DNA of 60,324 bases, the filler included. It is 3 parts of 3 records of this genome, joined end to end, with 100 filler letters (N's around TTAATTAATTAA, not from the genome) between each part and the next. Parts side by side here need not be neighbours in the genome. Positions count along the whole stretch, not along the records: positions 28,620 to 44,285 come from DRR378314_199; 2 more parts are not named here. One strand, given 5' to 3'. Below the pieces are notes generated by a model, which was not told the DNA's origin, made no database searches, and saw only the letters and a list, made by a program, of their open reading frames with translations. The number at the start of each line of letters is the position of its first letter. Position 1 is the stretch's first letter. The position numbers and the translations under genes are program-made. Below, in pieces: positions 33,799-42,537 of the stretch.

Positions 33799-35346
33799 TT
33801 ACCAGACAGATTGCATCTTCTTGATGGATTCAATTACAATGGGAGCCTGCTTATCCTCATTTACAATAATTAAGGTATGGTAAGGGTTTGTTGGGAATAT
33901 CTGTTCTGTCATGGAAAGCATTCCTTGGTCCACAAACAATTCCATGGACGACCAATCCATTAATATTTTGAACTCTTTTACATCTCCCTCTATACCGTTT
34001 AAAGGTGCGACATGCTTTTTGGCTCCAAAATCTTCTTGAAAATCAACTTTTCCGGACAAAGTTCTATCTACAGAAAAAATCTGATTGTCAGAATCCATAG
34101 TCATTACAAACGCCTCATCCAGTTCATTTTTAAACAGTAATTTAAAATTTTTAGCGGCCGTTCTAAGCCGAATCTCTGATTGATTGAGCCCTTCTACCTG
34201 TAAGGTATCCGATGTATTGGCCGCCACCTCAACCTCATTGACCAGTGTTGAATTGGTCAAACCACTTATTTTGTCAATTGGGTAATTTGCCAAAAAGTAA
34301 TCATCCGCAACTTTGTGCAAGGATAATTTTCGGGGCACCGTCATGGCACTTCGCCATTTCTTTGTAGGCGTATCTCGGGCGTAGTCCCAGTTGCTCATCC
34401 ATCCTATAAAAATACGCTCCTCTTCCGGAACATTGTTATAGGTTACTCCTGCGTAATTATCTGTTCCGTAATCAAACCATTTAGGATTCTTTTGATCGGA
34501 AGTAAAAGTTGTACCATCAAAATCTCCCACGAAATATTGAGTCCCACTGCCACCATTTGGGGCTCCGGGGTTAATACTAATGATCAAGACCCATTTTTCC
34601 TCATTGGAACCCTCTACTTTCAAGGGAAAAAGATCCGGACATTCCCACACTCCCCCATGTGCGCCTTGCGATTTACCAAAATCGCTCAAGTATGACCAAT
34701 CCTTTAAGTTTTTGGAACTATAAAATTTGGCATGGTCACCGGCTACCAAGATCAAAATCCAACTGTCAGACGGCTCATGCCAAAATACTTTGGGATCCCT
34801 AAAATCCTTGATGCCATCGTTAAGAATCACAGGGTTGTTCTTATACTTTTTCCAAGTGTCGCCATTGTCCAAACTATAGGCTATCCCCTGAGTTTGAAAA
34901 TCCTTCCTTCCAGCCTTCTCCCCTTCCATGGAATGGTATGTGAAAATGGCCACCAAAGGTGTTTTCCCATTTGCACCAAAACCCGAGGTGTTTTTCTTAT
35001 CCACTACTGCACTCCCGGAAAAAATATAGCCGTGCTCATCAGGGTAAAGTGCAATGGGCCTGTGCTTCCAATGCACCAAGTCCTCACTTACAGCGTGTCC
35101 CCAATGCATGGGGCCCCATACAATATCCTCCGGGTAATATTGGTAAAAAAGATGGTAAACCCCTTGGTTAAAGACCAACCCATTAGGGTCGTTCATCCAT
35201 TTTTCCTTTGGTGAAAAGTGGAATTGCGGACGATACTCCTCCTTGTACCATGATTCCTCTTTCGGTTGATTCGGCACTTCTTCCCTTTTTTCCTTACAAG
35301 AAACAAGTGCAGCCATCACTATGCAACTGATAATTAGTCTAAACAT
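33799..35346 (-). CDS. GH32 beta-fructosidase/levanase, lipoprotein
   Basis: WMNDPNG, WGHAVS, FSGS, RDPKV and WECPD catalytic motifs; lipobox LVSC. Confidence 0.93.
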   Translation of the reverse strand: MFRLIISCIVMAALVSCKEKREEVPNQPKEESWYKEEYRPQFHFSPKEKWMNDPNGLVFNQGVYHLFYQYYPEDIVWGPMHWGHAVSEDLVHWKHRPIALYPDEHGYIFSGSAVVDKKNTSGFGANGKTPLVAIFTYHSMEGEKAGRKDFQTQGIAYSLDNGDTWKKYKNNPVILNDGIKDFRDPKVFWHEPSDSWILILVAGDHAKFYSSKNLKDWSYLSDFGKSQGAHGGVWECPDLFPLKVEGSNEEKWVLIISINPGAPNGGSGTQYFVGDFDGTTFTSDQKNPKWFDYGTDNYAGVTYNNVPEEERIFIGWMSNWDYARDTPTKKWRSAMTVPRKLSLHKVADDYFLANYPIDKISGLTNSTLVNEVEVAANTSDTLQVEGLNQSEIRLRTAAKNFKLLFKNELDEAFVMTMDSDNQIFSVDRTLSGKVDFQEDFGAKKHVAPLNGIEGDVKEFKILMDWSSMELFVDQGMLSMTEQIFPTNPYHTLIIVNEDKQAPIVIESIKKMQSVW

Positions 35347-35550
35347 TACCTTAAGTTAAAATAATCTTTTTCAAGATAAAGAAATTTTATCTCCCACCTT
35401 ACATGCTTCTGAAAACCAAGAAATAATCACTTTGAATGGCAACCAAGGCTACATTCAAAAAAATAATTCCCACATGCTTGAAAGGAATGAAACCAAAAAT
35501 CTACCTATCTTTAAACAACGTTTTGCAAACCCCAACTAAATCTAAATAAG

Positions 35551-36165
35551 TTGAGCAAAAACCTACTTTTAATCCTTACCCGAAACCCCGAACTCGGTAA
35601 ATGCAAGACCCGGTTGGCCGACAAAGTAGGCGACAAATCCGCTTTGGACATCTATAAGTTTTTGCTGGACCACACCGTATCCTTTACCAAAGATCTTAAG
35701 GTTGAAAAATGGGTGTATTATTCCGAAAGCATTTGGGAAAATGACATTTGGGACAACAATGTTTACCAAAAAAAACTTCAGGTAGGAAAGGATTTGGGTG
35801 AACGTATGATGAACGCCTTTAGGGAAGGATTCCAAGCCGGTTTTGAAAATATCATCGTTATTGGTAGCGATATGTTCCACCTAAACCAATCCGATTTGGA
35901 AGAGGCTTTCTCAAAATTTAAAGACCACAACTATGTTGTGGGTCCCGCTGAAGATGGTGGCTACTATCTTTTGGGGATGAAATCCATAAAAACTGAACTG
36001 TTCCAAAATAAAAACTGGGGCACAGATACCGTTCTACAGGATACACTTTCCGATATCAAAAACGAAAAAGTGGCACTAATGGATGAGAAAAATGATGTGG
36101 ATTACTACAAAGACATAAAAGATGTAAAGGCCTTTGCACCATTTTTAAAACATATACAAGAATGA
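35551..36165 (+). CDS. TIGR04282/DUF2064 family transferase (arsenosugar-associated, CofC-like fold)
   Basis: RNPELGKCKTRL, QVGKDLGERM, IGSD, GPAEDGGYYLLG, WGT and DVD motifs. TTG start. Confidence 0.88.
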   Translation: MSKNLLLILTRNPELGKCKTRLADKVGDKSALDIYKFLLDHTVSFTKDLKVEKWVYYSESIWENDIWDNNVYQKKLQVGKDLGERMMNAFREGFQAGFENIIVIGSDMFHLNQSDLEEAFSKFKDHNYVVGPAEDGGYYLLGMKSIKTELFQNKNWGTDTVLQDTLSDIKNEKVALMDEKNDVDYYKDIKDVKAFAPFLKHIQE

Positions 36166-36977
36166 CACAAAAACAGATTGGCGAATCCGTTGAATATTTA
36201 AAAAAGCAAGGTTTTGAAACCCCAGAAATCGGCATTGTGCTCGGCACGGGCCTGGGACAACTTGTGGACAAAATAGAAAATTCCATTGAAGCCCATTACA
36301 ACCACATCCCCTATTTTCCTTTGGCTACTGTGGAATTCCATACCGGCAAATTGATTTATGGGACAATCGAAGGCAAAAAAGCCGTGGTAATGCAAGGGCG
36401 TTTTCATCTGTACGAAGGCTATGATTTTCTCGACATCACCTATCCCATACGGGTTATGCATCAGCTCGGCATAAAAAAACTGTTTGTTTCCAATGCCGCG
36501 GGAGCCATCAACCTCGACTTTAAAAAAGGGGATATTATGTTGATCGAAGATCACATCAACCTTCAAGGAGGTTCTCCCTTAGCTTTTAAAAATGTAGGAG
36601 AGTTTGGCGACCGATTTGTTGATATGAGCGAACCCTACGACCTGGACATGCGCAAAAAATTGGAAGCCATTGCGTTAAGAGAGAATATATCACTTAAAAA
36701 AGGAGTCTATGTTTCGGTAGTTGGCCCCCAACTCGAAACCAAGGCCGAATATAGAATGCTCAAAATTATGGGCGCCGATGCTGTAGGAATGAGTACGGTT
36801 CCCGAAGTAATTGTTGCAAATCATTTACGACTACCCATTGTAGCGGTATCCGTGTTGACCGATGAATGTGATCCAGATAATCTAGAACCCGTTGATGTTC
36901 AGGAGATTATAAAAAAAGCAAAGCAAACGGAGCCAAAAATGATCAAGCTGTTTCAAGAATTAATCAAAGAACTATGA
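36162..36977 (+). CDS. Purine nucleoside phosphorylase, trimeric PNP family
   Basis: IVLGTGLG, QGRFHLYEG, NAAG, DHIN, GPQLETKAE and DAVGMSTVPE. ATGA overlaps with both neighbours. Confidence 0.93.
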   Translation: MTQKQIGESVEYLKKQGFETPEIGIVLGTGLGQLVDKIENSIEAHYNHIPYFPLATVEFHTGKLIYGTIEGKKAVVMQGRFHLYEGYDFLDITYPIRVMHQLGIKKLFVSNAAGAINLDFKKGDIMLIEDHINLQGGSPLAFKNVGEFGDRFVDMSEPYDLDMRKKLEAIALRENISLKKGVYVSVVGPQLETKAEYRMLKIMGADAVGMSTVPEVIVANHLRLPIVAVSVLTDECDPDNLEPVDVQEIIKKAKQTEPKMIKLFQELIKEL

Positions 36978-37939
36978 GCTATTTAGATGCCACCCAAGAC
37001 CTCTATAAAGAGGCCGCCCTAACCCCAGATGTTGGGCTTTGCTGTACCACCAACCCCATTTGGCAATTTCCCGGGCTTTCCATTCCCAAGATTATGCAAG
37101 AAATGAACTATGGCTGTGGCAGCACCGTTTCCGCACAGGATTTGGTGAACAATCCCAAAGTACTTTATGTAGGTGTAGGTGGCGGAATGGAACTGCTTCA
37201 ATTCTCCTATTTTTCCAGACAACAAGGAGGTGTAACAGGAGTGGATTCCGTAGATGAAATGTTGGAGGCTTCCAGAAAAAACTTCAAAATTGCCGAACAA
37301 GAAAACGATTGGTTCAAAAGTGAGTATGTGAACTTGGTCAAAGGTGATGCATTACATCTACCAGTAGAAGATGAAAGTATTGATGTCGCGGCACAAAATT
37401 GCCTCTTCAATATTTTTAAAATAGAGGATTTGAAGAAAGCGGTTTCCGAAATGTACCGTGTTTTAAAGCCGCACGGCAGATTGGTAATGAGCGACCCCAT
37501 TTGCGAGCAGCCTATGAGTGATGAACTCCGTAATGATGATAGACTGAGAGCGCAATGCCTGAGCGGCAGTATTCCGTTGAACGATTATGTAAAAGTGTTG
37601 ACGGATGCTGGCTTTGGCACCATCGAAATTCGCGGGAAACGATCGTACAGGGTATTATCCCCCAACCATTACCCTACCAATGAACTCATCCATATCGAAT
37701 CTATTGAAATTGCAGCTATCAAAGACCCAATGCCAGAGGATGGACCTTGTGTTTTTACAGGTAAAACAGCCATCTATTTTGGCAACGAAGATTATTTTGA
37801 TGACAAAAAAGGACACATGCTACAACAAAACCAACCCCTAGCAGTTTGTGATAAAACAGCAGCAGCCTTGGCAAATGCTTCGAATGAAATTTACATTAGC
37901 GAAAGTACCTACCACTATAATGGTGGCGGATGTTGTTAG
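36974..37939 (+). CDS. arsM: Arsenite S-adenosylmethionine methyltransferase, ArsM-like (arsenosugar-cluster type)
   Basis: Class I SAM fold (YVGVGGG, GVD, GDA, RVLKPHG). ArsM-type cysteines in GLCC, YGCG, NCLFNI and QCLSG, plus C-terminal GGCC. Confidence 0.85.
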   Translation: MSYLDATQDLYKEAALTPDVGLCCTTNPIWQFPGLSIPKIMQEMNYGCGSTVSAQDLVNNPKVLYVGVGGGMELLQFSYFSRQQGGVTGVDSVDEMLEASRKNFKIAEQENDWFKSEYVNLVKGDALHLPVEDESIDVAAQNCLFNIFKIEDLKKAVSEMYRVLKPHGRLVMSDPICEQPMSDELRNDDRLRAQCLSGSIPLNDYVKVLTDAGFGTIEIRGKRSYRVLSPNHYPTNELIHIESIEIAAIKDPMPEDGPCVFTGKTAIYFGNEDYFDDKKGHMLQQNQPLAVCDKTAAALANASNEIYISESTYHYNGGGCC

Positions 37940-37944
37940 GTGAT

Positions 37945-38961
37945 TTATTTAGAAATTGTAGTCTTGGAAGATTCGTAGTCCAACAGAATTCCTTCGGAGA
38001 TCCACTTGGCCAAAGCCTGTCGGTTATCCGGATCTAAAATTCTGCGCTGGTCCTTTTTGTTTCTGATATTGCCGATTTCGATATAGGCCATGGCAGGAAA
38101 CGTATTTTTAACCATGTACAAACTGCTTCGCTCCATAAAAGTACCGTTGTACAATCGGTTGGGCTGAAACTTTTTGTATTTCCTAAAAAATGTCCGGTGA
38201 ATGCTCTCTGCCAGTTTTTTGCCGTTTTTGCTCTTTTCGTGATGGTAGAAAAACACATCGATATTGGTTCCCTCGCTACGGCTGTCCACGTGAGTGACCA
38301 GTAAACGTTGATATTTCCCAGAATTCTTCAGATACAAATCATTTACAGCTTTGGAGCGCTGCTTCAATCGCTCCAACTGACTCAACGGAATAGTATTGGA
38401 CTGCACGGTCTCATCCGTGTCCAATTCCAGCAACCTACTGTCTCGGATTCCATCATTTTCATCCTGAACAATCAAATGTACCTCCGCACCATGTGATACC
38501 AACTCACGGGCCAGCCTAAGGGTTACATCATAAGCATATTCATCTTCAGAAATCAATTTTCCGCGGTACTTTTCCACAGCGCCCGGGTCTGGACCACCGT
38601 GCCCTGAGATTAAATAGTAGACTGTTTTGTCCAAGCGTTTGCTCACGACATCCACCTTTTTAAAATCTTCTCCAAAAATGGGATAGGTAATTCCTTGATC
38701 AATCTCCTCTACTTTTTTGGTTGCCAAAGTATCCGGCAATACATAGGAACGTCCCATAAACAACGATTCATCCTCGCCCAAATCCTCTGCGTTCAACGAT
38801 ACAAATTTATTATAATGTTTTGTTGGGCTCACTCCGTGCCTTCTGAGCAAGGAATAGATACCATCCCCTTCTTGGGCAATAACTTTTGGAAATTCCTCTT
38901 GGGCACAGATTGCACCTTGAAGTAAAATGCTGAGTAAAACGGTAAACTGAAAAGATTTCAT
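37945..38961 (-). CDS. N-acetylmuramoyl-L-alanine amidase (Amidase_3) with LysM-like N-terminal domain
   Basis: Signal peptide from MKSFQF (38961). Zn/catalytic motifs GHGGPDPGA, EDEYAYD, HVD and YIEIGN. Confidence 0.88.
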   Translation of the reverse strand: MKSFQFTVLLSILLQGAICAQEEFPKVIAQEGDGIYSLLRRHGVSPTKHYNKFVSLNAEDLGEDESLFMGRSYVLPDTLATKKVEEIDQGITYPIFGEDFKKVDVVSKRLDKTVYYLISGHGGPDPGAVEKYRGKLISEDEYAYDVTLRLARELVSHGAEVHLIVQDENDGIRDSRLLELDTDETVQSNTIPLSQLERLKQRSKAVNDLYLKNSGKYQRLLVTHVDSRSEGTNIDVFFYHHEKSKNGKKLAESIHRTFFRKYKKFQPNRLYNGTFMERSSLYMVKNTFPAMAYIEIGNIRNKKDQRRILDPDNRQALAKWISEGILLDYESSKTTISK

Positions 38962-38962
38962 T

Positions 38963-39892
38963 TTAATTCTCAAATTCCAGATCAACATAATCATTAATAA
39001 TGCCATTGCTGATCAAGTTGGCAAATTCTTTTTTGTTGGGTTTGAGGGAAATCTTGCTGTCCGATATACTGGAACCGCTTTCAATAGTAAGCAAGCTAAT
39101 GGCCGGCAGCATGTTTCTGGCCAAATACAGACTGTTCTGATCTTCGAAAATCAAGCTGGCTTCATTGGAAGATTTGCTGGAAATACTTTTTTCCTTAAAA
39201 ACATTTTGAAGGTTTTGTGCAAAACGCTGCCCTTGGGTGCTTTTGTTATAGTGATAAACGGCCACATTCAAATTGCCTGAGTTTACAATGTTTTCAGTAC
39301 GGATGAACAATACCCGTTGGTATTTACCCGTGTTCTGCAAGTAACGTTTGTTAACGACCTTTATGTAATCTCCCAACACATCTTTTGTGAATATATCTCC
39401 CCCCAAGTCCGTGGCAATCTCATCACCCATCACATACACTTGGGCTCCGTTCACCATTAGCTCCGCTGCCAATCGTTGGGTGATATCCTTTATAAAGTCT
39501 TTATCTCCTTCGGTACTGTTTTCGGTAATCAAGTAGTAGACAGCATCCTTGAGTTTATTACTTTTTAGCGACATTTGGGCAAGTTCCTTATCAAAAATGG
39601 GTTCCTCCGCATCTTTCTTGGCCTCGACCATCACTCCGGTCTTCTTAAAGGAATCATCAGCATAGGGAACATTATATGCCTCACCTAGTTTTAGCGCGCT
39701 TCCTTTTTTTATCTTGTCCGAATTGAGTTCCAAAAATTCTCCATAGTGTTTAGCAGGATCCAATCCTTGTTTGCGGAGCAGGGAAAAAATACCGTCTCCT
39801 TGTTCTGCAACCACCTTGTAGTAAGTGCTTTCCTGTGCAAAAATGAACGTACAGGCCCAAACCCAAAAAAGAAGGGATAATCGTGATTTCAT
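38963..39892 (-). CDS. Catalytically degenerate amidase paralogue
   Basis: Collinear with the adjacent amidase (VVAEQGDGIFSLLRK, PIF, VYYLI, KYQR, SLY..N..PA), but Zn-ligand motifs are missing. Confidence 0.75.
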   Translation of the reverse strand: MKSRLSLLFWVWACTFIFAQESTYYKVVAEQGDGIFSLLRKQGLDPAKHYGEFLELNSDKIKKGSALKLGEAYNVPYADDSFKKTGVMVEAKKDAEEPIFDKELAQMSLKSNKLKDAVYYLITENSTEGDKDFIKDITQRLAAELMVNGAQVYVMGDEIATDLGGDIFTKDVLGDYIKVVNKRYLQNTGKYQRVLFIRTENIVNSGNLNVAVYHYNKSTQGQRFAQNLQNVFKEKSISSKSSNEASLIFEDQNSLYLARNMLPAISLLTIESGSSISDSKISLKPNKKEFANLISNGIINDYVDLEFEN

Positions 39893-39987
39893 TATTGTAT
39901 GTCTTTGGGTGGGATGTGTTGCAAATATGGCAAAAAAACACGTAGCTCGGTTACGAATTAGCCCAAAATTTCGGACAAATTAATTTA

Positions 39988-41007
39988 TTAATCCTGAAGA
40001 CTGGATTGCTTTACATTTGCAAACTGTCTTCGGATTACAGATTCGGCAGGTTTGTTTTGGGGCGTAAAGCGGTTGTCCTCGTGCCCCCCTACCTGATCGT
40101 GCTGCATAAACCACTTCCAAACAAAGCCGCCCGCAAACCAATCCTCATTCCAAAATTCATCAAAGATTACCTGCGTGGCGTCGGCTTGGGCCTGAAGATT
40201 AACATTCATTTGGTTTCGGTCGACCAACCAAGGTTTTTTGCCGGCAAAGTCCATACTTCGGTACCCAAACTCCGTAAAAAGAATAGGTTTATCTTCTTGT
40301 TTGGATAGTTCCCTCATTTCAGTTTTCCAAGGTTGCCATCCCTCGGTAAGTGTTTGAATGGTTGGATTTTCTTTTTCGCACAATGGGAAGTAGGCGTTCA
40401 CCCCAATATAATCCAATTGCGACCAAAACGGTGTTTTGGCATATTCATCCCAGTTGGCAGCATAGGTAAGTTCACCGTGGTACACCTTTTTTACTTTTTG
40501 GATAAGGCTGTTCCAAAACTCAGGTCGCTCGTTTACGAAGGTTTTCAACTCCGTTCCAATACAAAACATATCGCTCTGGGTTTCCTCGGCCAGTGCTGCA
40601 TATAGTAGTATAAATTGTTCGTACGCTACTTCCAGTTGCTTCCAATCCTTTTCCGTTGGCATCTTCATGTTTCCTGTAAACTCACCTCTATGGATCCAGA
40701 TTTGGGGCTTTACCATCACGCTCACCCCATTTTGATGCATTTTTTGGATGTATTGCCTGGCTCCTTCCCTTCTCTCCCCATACCATTGGTGGTCCGAATC
40801 AAAAACCAATTCGGGCGAATCCAAATCGCGGATAAAGCCAAAAGGCATAATGGCCGCATAATTGGCCTGAATATCCAGAACAGGGGTAATATGATGTTGA
40901 GCCACTTCTTCCCGGGACGAGACAAAACTGACACCATTGACTTTGGCTAACTTGCCACTACCGCAAGAGGCAAAAATAAAGACCCATAATAGAACTACTT
41001 TCTTCAT
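39988..41007 (-). CDS. GH113-like TIM-barrel glycoside hydrolase, lipoprotein
   Basis: Lipobox FASC; KPQIW, GTEL (acid/base), TYAANWD, AYFPL, TEFGY (nucleophile) and GGFVWKW. Confidence 0.8.
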   Translation of the reverse strand: MKKVVLLWVFIFASCGSGKLAKVNGVSFVSSREEVAQHHITPVLDIQANYAAIMPFGFIRDLDSPELVFDSDHQWYGERREGARQYIQKMHQNGVSVMVKPQIWIHRGEFTGNMKMPTEKDWKQLEVAYEQFILLYAALAEETQSDMFCIGTELKTFVNERPEFWNSLIQKVKKVYHGELTYAANWDEYAKTPFWSQLDYIGVNAYFPLCEKENPTIQTLTEGWQPWKTEMRELSKQEDKPILFTEFGYRSMDFAGKKPWLVDRNQMNVNLQAQADATQVIFDEFWNEDWFAGGFVWKWFMQHDQVGGHEDNRFTPQNKPAESVIRRQFANVKQSSLQD

Positions 41008-41135
41008 AATAATTGTGGAACCCTCTAAAATAATAATTTTAAAGCATCATTTAGCTGCCAAATTCTTATTAAATTCCATTTCACTGTTAAGTTCTTTCCA
41101 TAAAACTCGACATATAAAACAATCAAAGCCAACCC

Positions 41136-42485
41136 ATGGAACATATTGTCATCATTGGAAATGGAATAGCCGGAATTACCGCTGCTAGGCATATCCGGAA
41201 ACTTTCCGATAAAAAAATCACCGTTGTTTCGGTCGAAAGCAAGTATTTCTTTTCAAGAACCGCTTTAATGTACGTGTACATGGGGCACATGAAATTTGAG
41301 CATACTCAACCCTACGAAAACCACTTTTGGAAGAAAAACAGAATTGAATTGGTAGAGGGCTATGTTTCGCATGTAAATACTCAAGAAAAAATTATTCAAA
41401 TTGATGGAGCACCAGACCTTAATTATGACAAACTCGTTATAGCTACGGGGTCCAAACCCAATAAATTTGGATGGCCCGGTCAAGATTTAGATGGGGTCCA
41501 AGGACTCTACTCCAAACAAGACTTGGAACTTTTAGAAGAAAACGCCCCCAACAATAAGGTCTGCAAACGCGCTGTAATTGTGGGCGGCGGTTTAATCGGC
41601 ATCGAATTGGCCGAAATGCTTCGCACTCGCAACATTCCTGTTACTTTTTTGGTTCGAGAGGACAGTTTTTGGAACGGCGTCTTACCCAAAGGCGAATCAG
41701 AAATGATCAACGAACATATTCGGGAACACCATATTGACCTGCGTTTGGGTGCTTCGCTCAAAGAAATCAACTCAGATGAACACGGAAAAGTAAAATCCGT
41801 GACGCTTGCCGAAACGGGTGAACAAATTGAATGTAATCTGGTGGGCTTGACGGCTGGCGTTACTCCAAATATTGATTTCCTCAAAGATTCGGGCATTGAA
41901 TTGGGCCGTGGTGTTAAAGTAAATCGATTTTTGGAGACCAATGTTAAAGATGTTTTTGCTATCGGTGATTGTGCCGAGCAGCATGAAGCCATTGGGAATC
42001 GCAGACCTATTGAAGCCGTATGGTACACAGGCCGGATGATGGGAGAAACCCTTGCCCAGACCATTTGTGACAACCGAATGGAATACAAACCCGGACACTG
42101 GTTTAACTCAGCCAAATTTCTGGATATCGAATACCAAACCTATGGTTGGGTATTTTCAGAAAAAAGAAAAAAAGAAACGGAAACCCATTTTCATTGGCGA
42201 CATCCCAAACAAAAAATCTGTATCACCCTAGCGTTTGATAAAGATTCCGAAACACTCTTGGGCATCAATACCTTTGGCATTCGTTTACGACACGAGGTTT
42301 TTGACCGTTGGCTCAACGAAAAAAGAAATGTCGATTATGTAATGGAGCATCTCGTAGATGCCAATTTTGACCCTGAATTTTATAAAAATTTTGAAGCGCA
42401 GATCGTATCCAAATACAATTCCGATTTTGGAAAATCCATCAAACTGAAAAAGAAAAACCTAAAACGCATCTTCCAATTGGGTTGA
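41136..42485 (+). CDS. NAD(P)/FAD-dependent oxidoreductase (ferredoxin/rubredoxin reductase-like)
   Basis: GNGIAG FAD motif, ATGS, GGGLIGIE NAD motif and FAIGDCA. Confidence 0.9.
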   Translation: MEHIVIIGNGIAGITAARHIRKLSDKKITVVSVESKYFFSRTALMYVYMGHMKFEHTQPYENHFWKKNRIELVEGYVSHVNTQEKIIQIDGAPDLNYDKLVIATGSKPNKFGWPGQDLDGVQGLYSKQDLELLEENAPNNKVCKRAVIVGGGLIGIELAEMLRTRNIPVTFLVREDSFWNGVLPKGESEMINEHIREHHIDLRLGASLKEINSDEHGKVKSVTLAETGEQIECNLVGLTAGVTPNIDFLKDSGIELGRGVKVNRFLETNVKDVFAIGDCAEQHEAIGNRRPIEAVWYTGRMMGETLAQTICDNRMEYKPGHWFNSAKFLDIEYQTYGWVFSEKRKKETETHFHWRHPKQKICITLAFDKDSETLLGINTFGIRLRHEVFDRWLNEKRNVDYVMEHLVDANFDPEFYKNFEAQIVSKYNSDFGKSIKLKKKNLKRIFQLG

Positions 42486-42537
42486 TTAGTTTACGTTTTA
42501 ATAAAAAGTTTAAATCAGAACAAAGGAACAACAAACA

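Noticed and set aside
33799-35346. GH32 as part of a fructan polysaccharide utilisation locus
   Set aside because: No SusC/SusD, fructokinase or sensor genes are adjacent in this contig.
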